Below are positions 37,346 through 48,238 of a stretch of 64,000 nt of DNA, piece after piece. A program made the position numbers and the translations under genes. Below the pieces are notes generated by a model. It was given only the letters and a program-made list of their open reading frames with translations. It did no database searches and was not told the origin of the DNA. Each line of letters opens with the position of its first letter. Within the stretch, counting starts at the first letter, position 1. Origin of the DNA: Armatimonadota bacterium (lineage in GTDB: Bacteria > Armatimonadota > Zipacnadia > Zipacnadales > UBA5352); contig JAYENL010000242.1 in the NCBI GenBank assembly GCA_034722055.1, positions 32,001 through 96,000 of the forward strand. Direction: 5' to 3'.

Positions 37346-40108
37346 ATGGTGTCAGTGTGCCGACGCGCGGTCATCATTCCTGTGGTGGTTCTGGCCGCGT
37401 GCGGCGCGGACGCGGCCGCGATCGGGCCCATCAGGCCTCGGCCGGTCACCACCCTCTACCTGATGGCTGACGCCTCCGCGCCGCGCATTCGCGTGGCAAT
37501 CGAGGCCGAGGCCGACGCTGCTCCGCCGCGGGTGATGCTGCGCGCCTATGACCCCGATGATCGCCTCACCCTCTGGCGCTACGTGGAGTACGCCGGCGCC
37601 CAGACGGTCGCGAGCATTGAGGCGCCGGAGGGCGTGACGCTCCGGGCGAGGGAGGAGTGGGACGCCGAGCCCGCCACGGTGTTGGAGGAGGAGCTGGAGC
37701 TGGCCGCGCCCGGCGTGCACCAGGTCCGCGTGGTGGGGTGGACGCGAGGCCTGCAGGTGCGCGTCGAGCTGCCGGACTCGGTGGGGTGGGGGTGGTGCGC
37801 GCAGAACGGCGACTTCCTGGCCTGGGAGGGCATGCCGCAGGCGCTCTTCGCATGGGTCCCCCCGCACGCCGAGCAGCTCCGGCTGCAGGGAGGCCCCCTG
37901 GCGACCCGCGACGACGCCGGGGCGGCGCTGGCGGAGCTCCCCGAGCCCGGTGAGGCCACCATCCGCGTAGACCGAACCGAGCAGCTCTGGCGGTTCGAGC
38001 TCCCGGAGGGTGCCAGCTTCAGCGCCGCGGACTTCCCGCTCATCCTCTGCCCCACGCCGGAGGCCGCCCGCGCCATCCGCGGCTCGGTGGAGGTGCTCGA
38101 TGACGGCACCGTGGTCTGCCATCCCTTCCAGCGCCGCATCGCGGAGCTGCTGCCCGAGGTCCTCGCGCCCGAGAGGGTCGGCGACACCGATGGGATCGTC
38201 ACGCCCCTGGCGAGCCGCCGCGATGCCTGGCTGGCCGACCCCATGCGCAGCGCGATCCTGATGAGGAGCTTCCTGCCTGCCGTCGAGCAGTGGCTGCGCA
38301 GCCAGAACCTGGACGCGGACAGCCACTGGGGCGGCTCGCTGGCGGGCTGGGAGGAGAGGATCGACCAGCCGCCACCCGGCAACCGCTGGGATCGCCTGCG
38401 CGGCGTGGAGGGGCTCTACGCCGGCGCCTCGTCGAACTACGGCTCAGCCGCCCGCGACCTGGCGCTGGGCGCGCTGCACGAGGCGGCGACGAACCCCTAC
38501 GCCGGCCGCGAGGAGCTGCTGTGGCGGGCGGCCGCGGCGGCGCTGCGCGACCTGATGGTGGTGGCCGAGGACGAGACCTGGCCAGGGACCGCCGACCTCG
38601 ATCCCTACCCGGGCATGATGGCCTTCGCCCTGGGCGGCAAGACCCTCCCCGTCTACGGCCTGGTCGCGCCGCACATGCCCCAGCGCATCCGCGAGGTCTG
38701 GACCGAGGCAGTCCGGCGCCTCATCGACCGGGCCTACCCCGACGGGCTGGTGACCTGCCGCAACCAGTCGTCGCACTACCTGGTGGCCTTCCAGGCATTC
38801 GCGGACGGCTCAGGTGATCCGCTTTACCAGACGCTGGCGCGGCTCTACGCCCGCCGATGGGTCTCGGGGCAGGACCCGTCGGGCTATCATATGGAGGCCA
38901 TCGGCCCCGATGCCAGCTACATCGGCATGACGCACTGGCACGAGGCCGTCTACTATGAGATGAGCCGAGATCCGGTGGTGCTGGACTCGGTGCGCCGCTC
39001 CTACTCCCTGTTCAACCACACGGTCGGGCCCGAGCCGGATGGCAGGATGCTGGGCGGCTTCAACTTCAATCACCGGGTGGGCGAGGGCTTCTACTTCGAG
39101 CAGTGGAGCGGCGCCAAGGGCATCCTGCACGATGACCTCCCCGAGGTCGGCATGTGGAGCGACCCGCCGCCCACCGATGAGCAGATCGAGGAGGCGCGCC
39201 GGCGCGTGGCAGCCTTCCTCGATGACCCGCAGCCGCCGCCCTACCCCAAGCAGACCTCCTGGCGCTACCTGGCCTTCGCAGAGCCGGACCGCAGCGGGGT
39301 CTTTCCATGCCGGGAGGCGGAGCCCTTCTGGCGGGTGATCGACGACCAGTGGCTGTTCGTGAAGCGGCCTGGCTACTACACCTACTGCTACCTGGGGAAG
39401 CCGGCCGGGGAGTTCTACATCCGCACTAGGGCGAGCCTCCGCGAGCCCTACCCCGACGACGGCGAGAGCACCGGCGCCGAGTACCGCAGCGTGAAGAGCA
39501 TCACGCCCTTCGTGGGCGGGGGGCTGTCCGGGGTCTGGACACCCGACTACGGGCATTCGTTGATGGCCGCGAACTGGGCGCCGACCACGCATCACGGCCT
39601 GATCGCCACCGACGCCGAGGGGCTGCGCTGGTGGGAGGACTACCACGCGCACGAGCACTCGCTGGACGCCGACGCGGGTGAGGTGACCTTCACGGGCTGC
39701 ATCGAGGAGCAGCCGCTGACCTACGAGCGCCGCTACGTCTTCGGCGACGATGCAATCGAGGTGGAGGTGTCCGTGACGGCGGACGAGGACGTCCGCCTGG
39801 CAGGGCTGGTGGAATGCGTACCGCTGGCGCGCGGCGGGTGGAAGGCCCGCGGCGCCACCATCTCCGCCCGCGAGGCTACGGGCGGCCCCGCGCGGGCCGC
39901 GAGCTTCCGCGTCACGGACGAGATGGGCGCGGGCGTGGAGTTCGTCCTGGAGGACGAGCGCGACCTGCTGCTGGTGCCCGACGGGCTGCAGACCTCAGGC
40001 TGGCGGCAGCTTCAGATCGGCCGCGTCGAGATCAGCCTGCCCTCTGAGCTCGCTGCAGGCCAGAGCACCTCCCTGCGTTACGTGGTCCGTCCGATTGCCG
40101 CCGGCTGA
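37346..40108 (+). CDS. Large secreted hypothetical protein (possible helical toroid plus beta-sandwich)
   Basis: GGAGG SD, signal peptide, high-GC3 codon use; no family firmly recognised. Confidence 0.75.
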   Translation: MVSVCRRAVIIPVVVLAACGADAAAIGPIRPRPVTTLYLMADASAPRIRVAIEAEADAAPPRVMLRAYDPDDRLTLWRYVEYAGAQTVASIEAPEGVTLRAREEWDAEPATVLEEELELAAPGVHQVRVVGWTRGLQVRVELPDSVGWGWCAQNGDFLAWEGMPQALFAWVPPHAEQLRLQGGPLATRDDAGAALAELPEPGEATIRVDRTEQLWRFELPEGASFSAADFPLILCPTPEAARAIRGSVEVLDDGTVVCHPFQRRIAELLPEVLAPERVGDTDGIVTPLASRRDAWLADPMRSAILMRSFLPAVEQWLRSQNLDADSHWGGSLAGWEERIDQPPPGNRWDRLRGVEGLYAGASSNYGSAARDLALGALHEAATNPYAGREELLWRAAAAALRDLMVVAEDETWPGTADLDPYPGMMAFALGGKTLPVYGLVAPHMPQRIREVWTEAVRRLIDRAYPDGLVTCRNQSSHYLVAFQAFADGSGDPLYQTLARLYARRWVSGQDPSGYHMEAIGPDASYIGMTHWHEAVYYEMSRDPVVLDSVRRSYSLFNHTVGPEPDGRMLGGFNFNHRVGEGFYFEQWSGAKGILHDDLPEVGMWSDPPPTDEQIEEARRRVAAFLDDPQPPPYPKQTSWRYLAFAEPDRSGVFPCREAEPFWRVIDDQWLFVKRPGYYTYCYLGKPAGEFYIRTRASLREPYPDDGESTGAEYRSVKSITPFVGGGLSGVWTPDYGHSLMAANWAPTTHHGLIATDAEGLRWWEDYHAHEHSLDADAGEVTFTGCIEEQPLTYERRYVFGDDAIEVEVSVTADEDVRLAGLVECVPLARGGWKARGATISAREATGGPARAASFRVTDEMGAGVEFVLEDERDLLLVPDGLQTSGWRQLQIGRVEISLPSELAAGQSTSLRYVVRPIAAG

Positions 40109-40112
40109 GGCC

Positions 40113-42797
40113 TCAGTCCATCAGGTAGGGCTTCACCTCGATGAAGTTCAGCCACAGCCGCTGGCCCTCCGGACCGCCCGGCTCATCAGCGCCGGCCCAG
40201 TCCGAGATGGTGAGCGTGGCGCTGGTGGAGGTGGCGCGGAACACCTGCCAGTGCATGTTCACGAAGTAGGGCTGCTGGCGCGTGAACTCGCCCACTCGCC
40301 GCCGCGTTGGATACACCTCGTGGTAGGCATACTTCCCGCCCTCAATCAGCTCCACGCCGTCGAGTTGGATGGACAGGGCGTGCCGCGCCTCCCGCGACAC
40401 GCCATTGACGAGATCGTCATAGTCGCCGAAGAGCATCTTCGCCGAGTAGGTGCGGCCGATTCGCAGCCCGCTGATCTCCTGGCGCAGCACGTTCGGCCGC
40501 TCGGCACTGCGCTCCATCAGCGCGAAGGTGTCATAGCCGCGATAGTGCCGGCCCTGGAGCTTTCCGAGGCCCTCGCGCTCTCCCGCCTCAATGCTGCCCT
40601 CCGCAGCCGGGTGCACCGTCCAGCCCTTCAGATCCTCGGTGAAGTCCGGATTCTCGATGTGCTCGAGCATGTACGGGTCGGCGGTCACACGGCTGGTGTT
40701 GCCCTCGATGCAGTAGTGCTCGAAGAACCGCCCGATCCAGCGCAGCCGCTCCTCGTCGGTGTATCCCGACCGCCAGATGTGCACTCCGCCCAGGCCGAAG
40801 AAGGCCGGATGCGTGGCCAGCATCTGGAACTGCATATCCAGGTAGGCGTTGTAGTTGCAGTGCGGGAAGCCGTCGGCGAAGGGCCACGGGAACGAAAAGG
40901 TCCCCGGCACCCACACGGTCTCGAAGGTCACATCCGGCAGGCTGTCCTCGAACTGGAAGAGCATCCGCTCCGGCGCCCGCCGCATGTAGTCCAGGGCCTC
41001 TCTCAGCGTGGGCCACTCCGCCAGATAGGCCTCCCGGCAGATCATCCCGTCGGCGGCGATGCAGGCCTGTGCGAACTCGACGCTCCCCTCATCCAGCCCG
41101 AACTTGCCGGCCACGTAAGGGAAGAAGCCCTTCTCCGGGTACTGTCTGCGCAGCAGCTTCGCCATCTCAATGTAGGAGGGGTAGGCGGGGTCGTTCGGGG
41201 TGTAGAACTCGTCCACCAGCACACCGTCCATGAGCGGGTGGGCGAAGCCGGGCTTGGTCGAGTAGTGCTCGAAGAGCCGCTGTCCGGTCTCCTCGATCTC
41301 CCCGTGGCCGTGCAGGCCCGGCCGCGACGTGTAGACGATCCACCGCCCGCCCCGGTCGATCCACTGGCGGACGCGGTCCTCGATGCCGCTCGGATCGCCG
41401 GAGGTTATGATGGTCGTGGCACTGGGCAGGATGTGCCTGGAGATGAACTCCCAGTCATACTCGGGGTTGGCCTCGATGTGGTAGACGGTCGTCGGGAAGC
41501 GGCTGTGCTGAATGTCGGGGATGGCCCGCACCTCAAGCTGCACCAGCCGGGCGTCGCCCCCGGCGGCGACCTGGATGGTGTGCTCCCCGGCCTCCACCCG
41601 ACGCTTTGCGAACATCACGCGCTGGGAGCCGTCGTGCAGCGTGATGGCGTCCGCCGGGTCATCCGAGTCCAGCATGACGGCGACCGAGCCGTCGCCGACA
41701 TCCGCGGTGGTGCGGACATACAGCCAGCGCTGGATCGGGACGCTGAACTCGTGCTCTCCGGCCAGGCCACCCTCATCGGCAGTGACATTGAGCAGCTCCC
41801 AGACGAAGTTGTTGAGGGCCTTCACATCCCTGAAGCGCCGATCGCGGCCGGGCCACCGCACGATGACAGTGGCGCCCTCACCCAGAAGCTCCCCCTCAGT
41901 GTCCCGCAACCCCACCAGGGCAATGTAGCTGCCCACCGGCAGGTCGGCGGCGTCGAAGATCAACTCCTCGCGCATGTTCGGGGCAGTCAGCCGCTCCGCC
42001 CGTCCCACCACGACGTCCGTCGCGGCGCTGTGCAGGACGGCCTGCAGGCGCACCTGCGCAACTCCCTCCAGCGGTGGCACATCAACCGAGAGGCCGATCT
42101 TGCCCGGCGCCGGATAGACGCGGGAGCTGACCTGCAGCTCGTCTGAGGGAAGCGACTGCGCCACGGCCGCCACCACGTTGACCTCCTCGGGCCGCGTGAA
42201 GACACGCACGTTGTCGAAGTGCCCCTTGTGCCACACGTAGAAGCCGATCTTCCGGTTCATCGGCCCCGGCAGCGGGTCCTCGTGCGTGTAATCCAGCACC
42301 GTCTCTCCGTCGATGATGTGCCGGAAGCGGTGGCCGAAGCGCTCGCAGACCACATGATGCCACGTGTTCGGCGCGATCTTCGCGACGTATTCCTTCCCGG
42401 GCTGGCCCTTTAGCAGGAACCGGCCGACGGTGTTGTTCTGCGACCCGAAGCCGAAGAAGTAGCCGCTGGAGTAGCCGTCCTCGTTCCCGTTGACGATCGC
42501 GCTGAGGTCGCAGGGATCGTCAACCGGTGCCATGGCGTCGTACTCCAGCCGGATGGCGCCGTCGAGCTTCTTCTGGCAGAAGATCACGTTGCGGCCCATG
42601 TCCTCCTCACGTCCGACGACCAGCTCCCCGTCCTCGATGCGCGCCAGGCCCGACGCCCACCAGTCCTCGCCGAGCTCCTCGCGCTCGAAGACGTCCTCGA
42701 ACTGCAGCGTCCAGTCCTCGGCCGCCGCCAGTCCGGCGGCCAGCGTCATGATGGCGACCGCACCTGCAAGCGTCAGTCCGCGCGTGTACATTGACAT
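40113..42797 (-). CDS. Large secreted protein with N-terminal ConA/LamG-like domain and C-terminal CBM-like domain
   Basis: Signal peptide; FEDVFER..L..DW, WHHV...IDGETVL, FDNVRV; central DGVLVDEF; IENPDF..DL.GW. Confidence 0.72.
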   Translation of the reverse strand: MSMYTRGLTLAGAVAIMTLAAGLAAAEDWTLQFEDVFEREELGEDWWASGLARIEDGELVVGREEDMGRNVIFCQKKLDGAIRLEYDAMAPVDDPCDLSAIVNGNEDGYSSGYFFGFGSQNNTVGRFLLKGQPGKEYVAKIAPNTWHHVVCERFGHRFRHIIDGETVLDYTHEDPLPGPMNRKIGFYVWHKGHFDNVRVFTRPEEVNVVAAVAQSLPSDELQVSSRVYPAPGKIGLSVDVPPLEGVAQVRLQAVLHSAATDVVVGRAERLTAPNMREELIFDAADLPVGSYIALVGLRDTEGELLGEGATVIVRWPGRDRRFRDVKALNNFVWELLNVTADEGGLAGEHEFSVPIQRWLYVRTTADVGDGSVAVMLDSDDPADAITLHDGSQRVMFAKRRVEAGEHTIQVAAGGDARLVQLEVRAIPDIQHSRFPTTVYHIEANPEYDWEFISRHILPSATTIITSGDPSGIEDRVRQWIDRGGRWIVYTSRPGLHGHGEIEETGQRLFEHYSTKPGFAHPLMDGVLVDEFYTPNDPAYPSYIEMAKLLRRQYPEKGFFPYVAGKFGLDEGSVEFAQACIAADGMICREAYLAEWPTLREALDYMRRAPERMLFQFEDSLPDVTFETVWVPGTFSFPWPFADGFPHCNYNAYLDMQFQMLATHPAFFGLGGVHIWRSGYTDEERLRWIGRFFEHYCIEGNTSRVTADPYMLEHIENPDFTEDLKGWTVHPAAEGSIEAGEREGLGKLQGRHYRGYDTFALMERSAERPNVLRQEISGLRIGRTYSAKMLFGDYDDLVNGVSREARHALSIQLDGVELIEGGKYAYHEVYPTRRRVGEFTRQQPYFVNMHWQVFRATSTSATLTISDWAGADEPGGPEGQRLWLNFIEVKPYLMD

Positions 42798-42960
42798 GGT
42801 TCGGCTCCTTGCGCCGAAGGTATGCGCGTTCGTCGAGCCACGTCGAAGCGTTCACCGCGGTCCGGCGTGAATCCTCTCGGCGCCAGCGGGAAGGGAGTTG
42901 GCGGCTCAGTTGGGAAGAAGCCCCGTGAGCAGAATCCGGGAGCCACGGGAGGTCCATACC

Positions 42961-44907
42961 ATGTCAGCTTGGGACGCCTTCGCCGTTGCGGCCATCGCCA
43001 CGCTGCTGCTGTGCACATCCGCCGGTGCCGAGCAGGCGCTGTGGCCGGTCAACTGCCTCACCAAGGTCATGCCCGACACGCCGCCGGGAGGGGGCGGCGC
43101 CATCGAGATTGAGGGCGCGCGGGGCGAGACGGTCAGCGCTCAGGCGGCCATCCGCTCGGATGAGCCACTGGCCGGCGCGCAGCCCTCCATCACGGCCCTC
43201 AGCGGCGCCGAGGGCGAGATTCCAGCCAATGCTATGGGGCTGCTCTGGGAGCGCTTCATCGACATCACGCGCAACAGCCCGCTGCCCGAGGACGTCATGG
43301 TCGCCAAGGCCCCCGCCAGCATCCCCGACCCGTTCTGGGAGCAGCCCGCCCGCGACATCCCCGCCGACGCTACTCAGCCCCTGTGGCTGGAGATCGCCAT
43401 CCCTCGCGAGGCCGCCCCCGGCCGCTACGAGGGAGAGCTGACGGTACGCTGGGAGGGCGGGGAGGCCGCGCTGCCGCTGCGGCTGCGCGTGCGCGACTTC
43501 GAGATGCCCCAGGAGCGGCACCTGATGGTCACCAACTGGTTCACCTTCCCGGGCGTGCCCTGGCGCGACACCGTGGAGACCGGCTCCGACCAGTACTGGG
43601 AGCTGGCCCGCAAGTTCGCCGAGATCATGGGCCGGCACCGCCAGAACGTCTTCCGGGCGTGGCTGAGCTGGGCAAGCTTCAGCTACGACCCCGATCACGG
43701 CTTCTCAGCGGATTGGTCGCGCTTCGACCGCTGGGCGGAGACGTTCTTCGATACCGGCTACTTCGACCGCATGGAGATCTGGGGCACGGGTCGCCGCACC
43801 GGAAGCCACACCGGACTGGACACCCGCATCATCATGGTGGACTTCTCCGTGGAGACTCCCGAGGGCGTGGAGCTGACCACCGAGGAGAAGTTCCGCGGCG
43901 TGCTGGGCCTGCTCGAGGAGCACCTGCAGGAGCGGGGCTGGCAGGACCGGGCCATGATCCACGTCTGCGACGAGCCCTTCCAGCCGTCGGTGCCAACCTA
44001 CCGCCAGATCGCCGATCTGGTCCACGAGGTGGCGCCCAGCCTCAAGATCATCGAGGCCATCGAGGCCGAGGGCTTCGGGGACTCCCTGGACGTGTGGGTG
44101 CCCAAGCTCAGCCACCTGAACCTGTGGTGGGAGAACTTCCGCGAGGAGAAGCGGGGCCGCGACATCGAGCTGTGGTTCTACACCTGCTGCCACCCGGTCG
44201 GGCGCTACCCCAACCGCTTCCTGGACCAGCCCCTCACCGCCGTCCGCGCTCTGCACTGGATCGACTACCTTTACGACCTCGACGGCTACCTGCACTGGGG
44301 CCTGAACCACTACCACGGCGATCAGCCCTTCACCGAGGAGGGCATCTCCGGGCCGCACCCGCTGGGCGACCACGCCATCATGTACCCCACCGAGGATGGA
44401 CCCATGGGCTCGCTCCGCTGGTCGGCGATGCGCGACGGCATCCAGGACTTCGAGTACCTGTGGCTGCTCACCCGGCGCCTGACCGAGCTCAAGCAGCGCC
44501 TCGGGGATGACGGCTGGTGGCTCGACCCCCGCCAGCGCCCGGAGGAGTTGTGCCGGCGCGTGGTGCAGTCGTTCTATCGCTACAACCCGGACGCGGGGCG
44601 GCTTCTGGAGGCTCGCTCACTGATCGCGGACGAGATCGAGGCCCTGCAGAACGATCCGCTGCTGTTCGTGCAGACCTCGCCGCCGGAGCATACCGAGATT
44701 CCGGCCGGCCCGCGGCTGATCAACATCTACGGGGCGGCCGACCCGGGTGCGGTCATCTCCGTCAACGGCGAAGAGAAGCTGACCGTCGGCGAGTCCGGCA
44801 CATTCGAGATGCCGCACTTCATCGGCGGGGATGGCGTCGTCCGCATCACCGCCGCGCTCGACGGGAGGCAGGCACATGCCGACCGCGCTTTCGTGCTCAC
44901 CGAGTAG
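42961..44907 (+). CDS. DUF4091/GH123-like glycoside hydrolase
   Basis: GARGETVSAQ, QPLWLEI.IP...PG.Y.G, HVCDEP, WFYTCCHP, DGYLHWG, SLRWSAMRDGIQDFEYL. Confidence 0.82.
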   Translation: MSAWDAFAVAAIATLLLCTSAGAEQALWPVNCLTKVMPDTPPGGGGAIEIEGARGETVSAQAAIRSDEPLAGAQPSITALSGAEGEIPANAMGLLWERFIDITRNSPLPEDVMVAKAPASIPDPFWEQPARDIPADATQPLWLEIAIPREAAPGRYEGELTVRWEGGEAALPLRLRVRDFEMPQERHLMVTNWFTFPGVPWRDTVETGSDQYWELARKFAEIMGRHRQNVFRAWLSWASFSYDPDHGFSADWSRFDRWAETFFDTGYFDRMEIWGTGRRTGSHTGLDTRIIMVDFSVETPEGVELTTEEKFRGVLGLLEEHLQERGWQDRAMIHVCDEPFQPSVPTYRQIADLVHEVAPSLKIIEAIEAEGFGDSLDVWVPKLSHLNLWWENFREEKRGRDIELWFYTCCHPVGRYPNRFLDQPLTAVRALHWIDYLYDLDGYLHWGLNHYHGDQPFTEEGISGPHPLGDHAIMYPTEDGPMGSLRWSAMRDGIQDFEYLWLLTRRLTELKQRLGDDGWWLDPRQRPEELCRRVVQSFYRYNPDAGRLLEARSLIADEIEALQNDPLLFVQTSPPEHTEIPAGPRLINIYGAADPGAVISVNGEEKLTVGESGTFEMPHFIGGDGVVRITAALDGRQAHADRAFVLTE

Positions 44908-44996
44908 CTCCGCGCGGCTGACGAGGCTGATGGCCATTGACCGCGCCCGAAGGCACCTGCTGGTGGCGGTGGCGGCAGGCGGCCGATAGCGGGCGC

Positions 44997-47213
44997 TCAC
45001 TCCAGGTCCTCGGCTGGCAGGATGCTGAAATCGTCGAACCAGAACTGGTCGCCCTTGGACCCGTTTCCGTTGGTCCAGAAGCGCAGCATCTTCAGCAGCC
45101 TCACGTTCCGGTGCACCTCGCGGATGGCGCGGGCGTCGATGGTGACCTCGTGCCACTGCCCGTCGTCAATCAGCTCCCACCTCGGCACGTGCGGATAGCC
45201 GCCCGGATCGCGAGCCGCGCTGCCGCCCACGCAGACGGCGCCTATCCCCCACTCGTCGCTGGCAAACGGATAGAGCATGATCCCCACCGGCACGCCCTCG
45301 GGGATGCGGTAGGCGAAGCGCGCGTAGGGGAAGCGATCGATGTCCCACCATCGGGGCCGGATGTCGCAGGCCATGATGGCCCCGTCATCCTCAGCATACA
45401 CGCGCATCGACCGCTCGCCCGAGTTGGCCGTCGTCTCGTCCAGCCGGGAGTCAGTGTTCTTCTGCCGCGAGAAGTTCCAGTAGTAGTGCCAGTCCTCCCG
45501 GTCCTCCTCCTCGAAGCCTACGACCACCACCGGCTCGCTGGCTGTCTCCATGGTGGGCAGCCGCAGACCCTCGGGCACCCCGGGTGCCAGGTACCACTCC
45601 TCGCCCTCAGCCCCCATCTCGAAGGCGCCCAGATCGGGCGCCGAGCCTGCGTACGGGAGGGTCACCGGGGCGCCCTCCCGCCAGGTCAGGTCCCGGTCCA
45701 GCGCCAGCATGTTCGCCTCCAGGTCCCGCCCGATCACGCGTGCCTGCGCGCGCTCCTCCCCCACCACGATCAGGTCGCCCTGCTCCCCGGGGATGCCGAA
45801 GCCGTCGTAGAAGTAGCGCGCGTCCTCGACCTGCAGGAGTCTGCCGGAGCCGCCGACGGCCGCGCGCGTCAGCGGGCGGCCGGCGTCGATGGCCGGGCTG
45901 CCCTCCCGCAGGCGGTAGTCGTCGGCCTCCGCGTCCACGAACCGCGGGTCGGCGTCGATGCTGTCCGCGAACTGCTCCCGCCGCTGCCTGTGCGCCTCAT
46001 CTACCGTCCACGGCTCGCCCGGCCACTCCGCCGCTCGCGCGTAGCTCTCATAGACGCGTATCGCCGCCCGGCCCGGGCGGTCGCCGCAGATGAGGTTGCT
46101 CAGCCAGCGGTTGTCGTCGCCGATGTTGTCGCGGATCAGCAGCGCCGTACGCCCGCCGCCGGGATCGTTGTCGAAGAAGATGTTGTTGGCGAAGACATTC
46201 TGGTAGACCCAGTGGTCGCGGCGGGACTCGCCTCCGTAGTCGGAGAGCTGGAAGCCCCCGTCGTGGTTCCGGTACCAGGTGTTGTGGTACAGCCGCGAGC
46301 GGGCCATCGAGAATGGGTCGGCCTCGGGGTGCCCCGGCCACTGGTAGGCGTTGATGACCAGCGGCATGTACCAGTTGCGGTAGATCAGGTTTCGGCGGAA
46401 GATGCTGTCGATGATGAACAGCTTCGCTCGGCCATCGGCTGAGCCGGAGCCGTCGAAGCCATTGGTGATGACGTTGCCCTCGACCAGCATCAGCGGGGCG
46501 GAGAAGAACTCGAAGTTCCGGCCCCAGCGGCAGTCGAAGACGTTGCCCCGCAGCACCATGTACTCGCAGTCGAACCACACGTGCAGCGGGCAGTGGCCCG
46601 CGCGGCTGAAGTAGTTGCCCTCAAAGAGGCAGTGCGAGCAGCCCCGGTTGTTCCACATGTTCCCGCCGATGTGCCCCCACTCGTTGATGGAGTGCAGGCG
46701 CAGCACCCGATTGCGCAGATAGCGGTTGTAGTGGCAGTCAGTGCAGGTCGTGGCCCCCCAGCCCTCGCCCTCCTCCATGGTGCAGTCCGCCACCGTGCAG
46801 TGCTCCGCGCCCTCCAGCAGCATCCAGCGACCGCGTGCCGGCAGCATGTGAAAGCCCTCGATGACGATGTGGCTGCGCCCGGGCAGGTAGACGCACGCGG
46901 CCTGCCCGTTGGACGCCTCTCCGCCGCGCAGCACCGCCCCAAGCGGGTTCTCCGAGCGATAGGTGATCGGCGCGCCCTCCTCGCCCGAGGTGGCAGGCTC
47001 GATGACGCCCTCGTACTCCCCGTCCGGCAGCACCACCGTGTCGCCCGGCTGCAGCGACTCATTCGCCTTCGCCAGCGTCCGCCAGGGGCTCCCGCGCGTG
47101 CCCTCGGCGGCGTCATCCCCTTCCGGCGAGAGGTAGTAGCTCTCGGCGTGCACCGCGCTCATCGCGAGGATCACCGCCAGCGCGACCATGATCGGAACGG
47201 GCATCCTCATCAT
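44997..47213 (-). CDS. Secreted right-handed parallel beta-helix protein
   Basis: YYLSPEGDD..EGT..SPWRTL..A...LQPGDTV.L.DG.Y; Asn ladders; DPRFVD...DYRL..GSPAIDAG; APDLGAFE. Confidence 0.85.
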   Translation of the reverse strand: MMRMPVPIMVALAVILAMSAVHAESYYLSPEGDDAAEGTRGSPWRTLAKANESLQPGDTVVLPDGEYEGVIEPATSGEEGAPITYRSENPLGAVLRGGEASNGQAACVYLPGRSHIVIEGFHMLPARGRWMLLEGAEHCTVADCTMEEGEGWGATTCTDCHYNRYLRNRVLRLHSINEWGHIGGNMWNNRGCSHCLFEGNYFSRAGHCPLHVWFDCEYMVLRGNVFDCRWGRNFEFFSAPLMLVEGNVITNGFDGSGSADGRAKLFIIDSIFRRNLIYRNWYMPLVINAYQWPGHPEADPFSMARSRLYHNTWYRNHDGGFQLSDYGGESRRDHWVYQNVFANNIFFDNDPGGGRTALLIRDNIGDDNRWLSNLICGDRPGRAAIRVYESYARAAEWPGEPWTVDEAHRQRREQFADSIDADPRFVDAEADDYRLREGSPAIDAGRPLTRAAVGGSGRLLQVEDARYFYDGFGIPGEQGDLIVVGEERAQARVIGRDLEANMLALDRDLTWREGAPVTLPYAGSAPDLGAFEMGAEGEEWYLAPGVPEGLRLPTMETASEPVVVVGFEEEDREDWHYYWNFSRQKNTDSRLDETTANSGERSMRVYAEDDGAIMACDIRPRWWDIDRFPYARFAYRIPEGVPVGIMLYPFASDEWGIGAVCVGGSAARDPGGYPHVPRWELIDDGQWHEVTIDARAIREVHRNVRLLKMLRFWTNGNGSKGDQFWFDDFSILPAEDLE

Positions 47214-47333
47214 GCTCTCTCCTTGCGCTCCCGGAGCCTGCGGGCACCCTTTCCGGCCATCGCGAAGGGACTCCTCCGCCGGCGAGGAAACTGCGGAAGC
47301 GCACAACGCGATGACAGGTGAGGAGCCAATGTC

Positions 47334-48215
47334 ATGCTCATCGACTGCCACACACACGTCTGCCGCACCCACTCCGTGCCGCGCAGCAATGGCAGCGACT
47401 ACGCCGACGGCGATCAGCTCGTCGGCAGGCTCGATGACCTCGGGATCGACATGGCGGTGGTGCTCGCGGGCGTCAGCCCTGAGTGCCGGAATCGCTACGT
47501 GCCGCCGGAGGATGTCGTGGAGGTCTGTAAGGCGCACTCGGACCGGCTGATCCCCTTCTGCAACGTCGATCCCCGCGCCGGTTCCAACAGCCCGGAGACG
47601 GACTTCACCCGCTTCTTCGACACTTACGTGGAGATGGGTTGCAGGGGCGTGGGCGAGATGACTGCCAACCTCGACTTCGACGATCCGATGTGCTGGAACC
47701 TCTTCGGGCACATCTCCGACTACGGCCTGCCGATGACCATCCACATCGCGCCCAGCCGCGGCGGCGCCTACGGGCTCTATGACGACCTCGGCCTGCCGCG
47801 GCTGGAGAGGACGCTGCAGGAGTTCCCGGACCTCACCATCCTCGGCCACTCGCAGCCGTTCTGGGCGGAGATCAGCGCCGACGTCACTGAGGAGACGCGC
47901 AACGGCTACCCCGACGGCGAGGTCACGCCCGGGCGCCTCGTGGAGCTGTTCGAGAGCTACGAGAACCTGTGGGGCGATCTCTCCGCCGGCAGCGGCCACA
48001 ACGCCATCAGCCGCGACCCTGAGTTCGGGAATCAGTTCATCGAGCAGTTTCAGGACCGGTTGATGTTCGGCACCGACATCTCATTCCCGGAGTACGAGCC
48101 GCCGCTGCCGGACTACTTCCGCTCGCTGAGGGGCCAGATCTCCGACGAGGCCTGGGAGAAGGTGGCCTGGCGCAACATCGACCGGCTGCTGGATCTGGGA
48201 GTGGCCCAAGGCTGA
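47334..48215 (+). CDS. Amidohydrolase family protein
   Basis: IDCHTH, GVGE, TIH, ILGH, DLSAGSG, DRLMFGTD. Confidence 0.88.
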   Translation: MLIDCHTHVCRTHSVPRSNGSDYADGDQLVGRLDDLGIDMAVVLAGVSPECRNRYVPPEDVVEVCKAHSDRLIPFCNVDPRAGSNSPETDFTRFFDTYVEMGCRGVGEMTANLDFDDPMCWNLFGHISDYGLPMTIHIAPSRGGAYGLYDDLGLPRLERTLQEFPDLTILGHSQPFWAEISADVTEETRNGYPDGEVTPGRLVELFESYENLWGDLSAGSGHNAISRDPEFGNQFIEQFQDRLMFGTDISFPEYEPPLPDYFRSLRGQISDEAWEKVAWRNIDRLLDLGVAQG

Positions 48216-48238
48216 GTGCTGAAGCCGCGCACAAGCCC

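Noticed and set aside
47214..47999. N-terminal extension making the beta-helix protein 1000 aa
   Set aside because: Antisense to the amidohydrolase; the signal peptide starts at 47213
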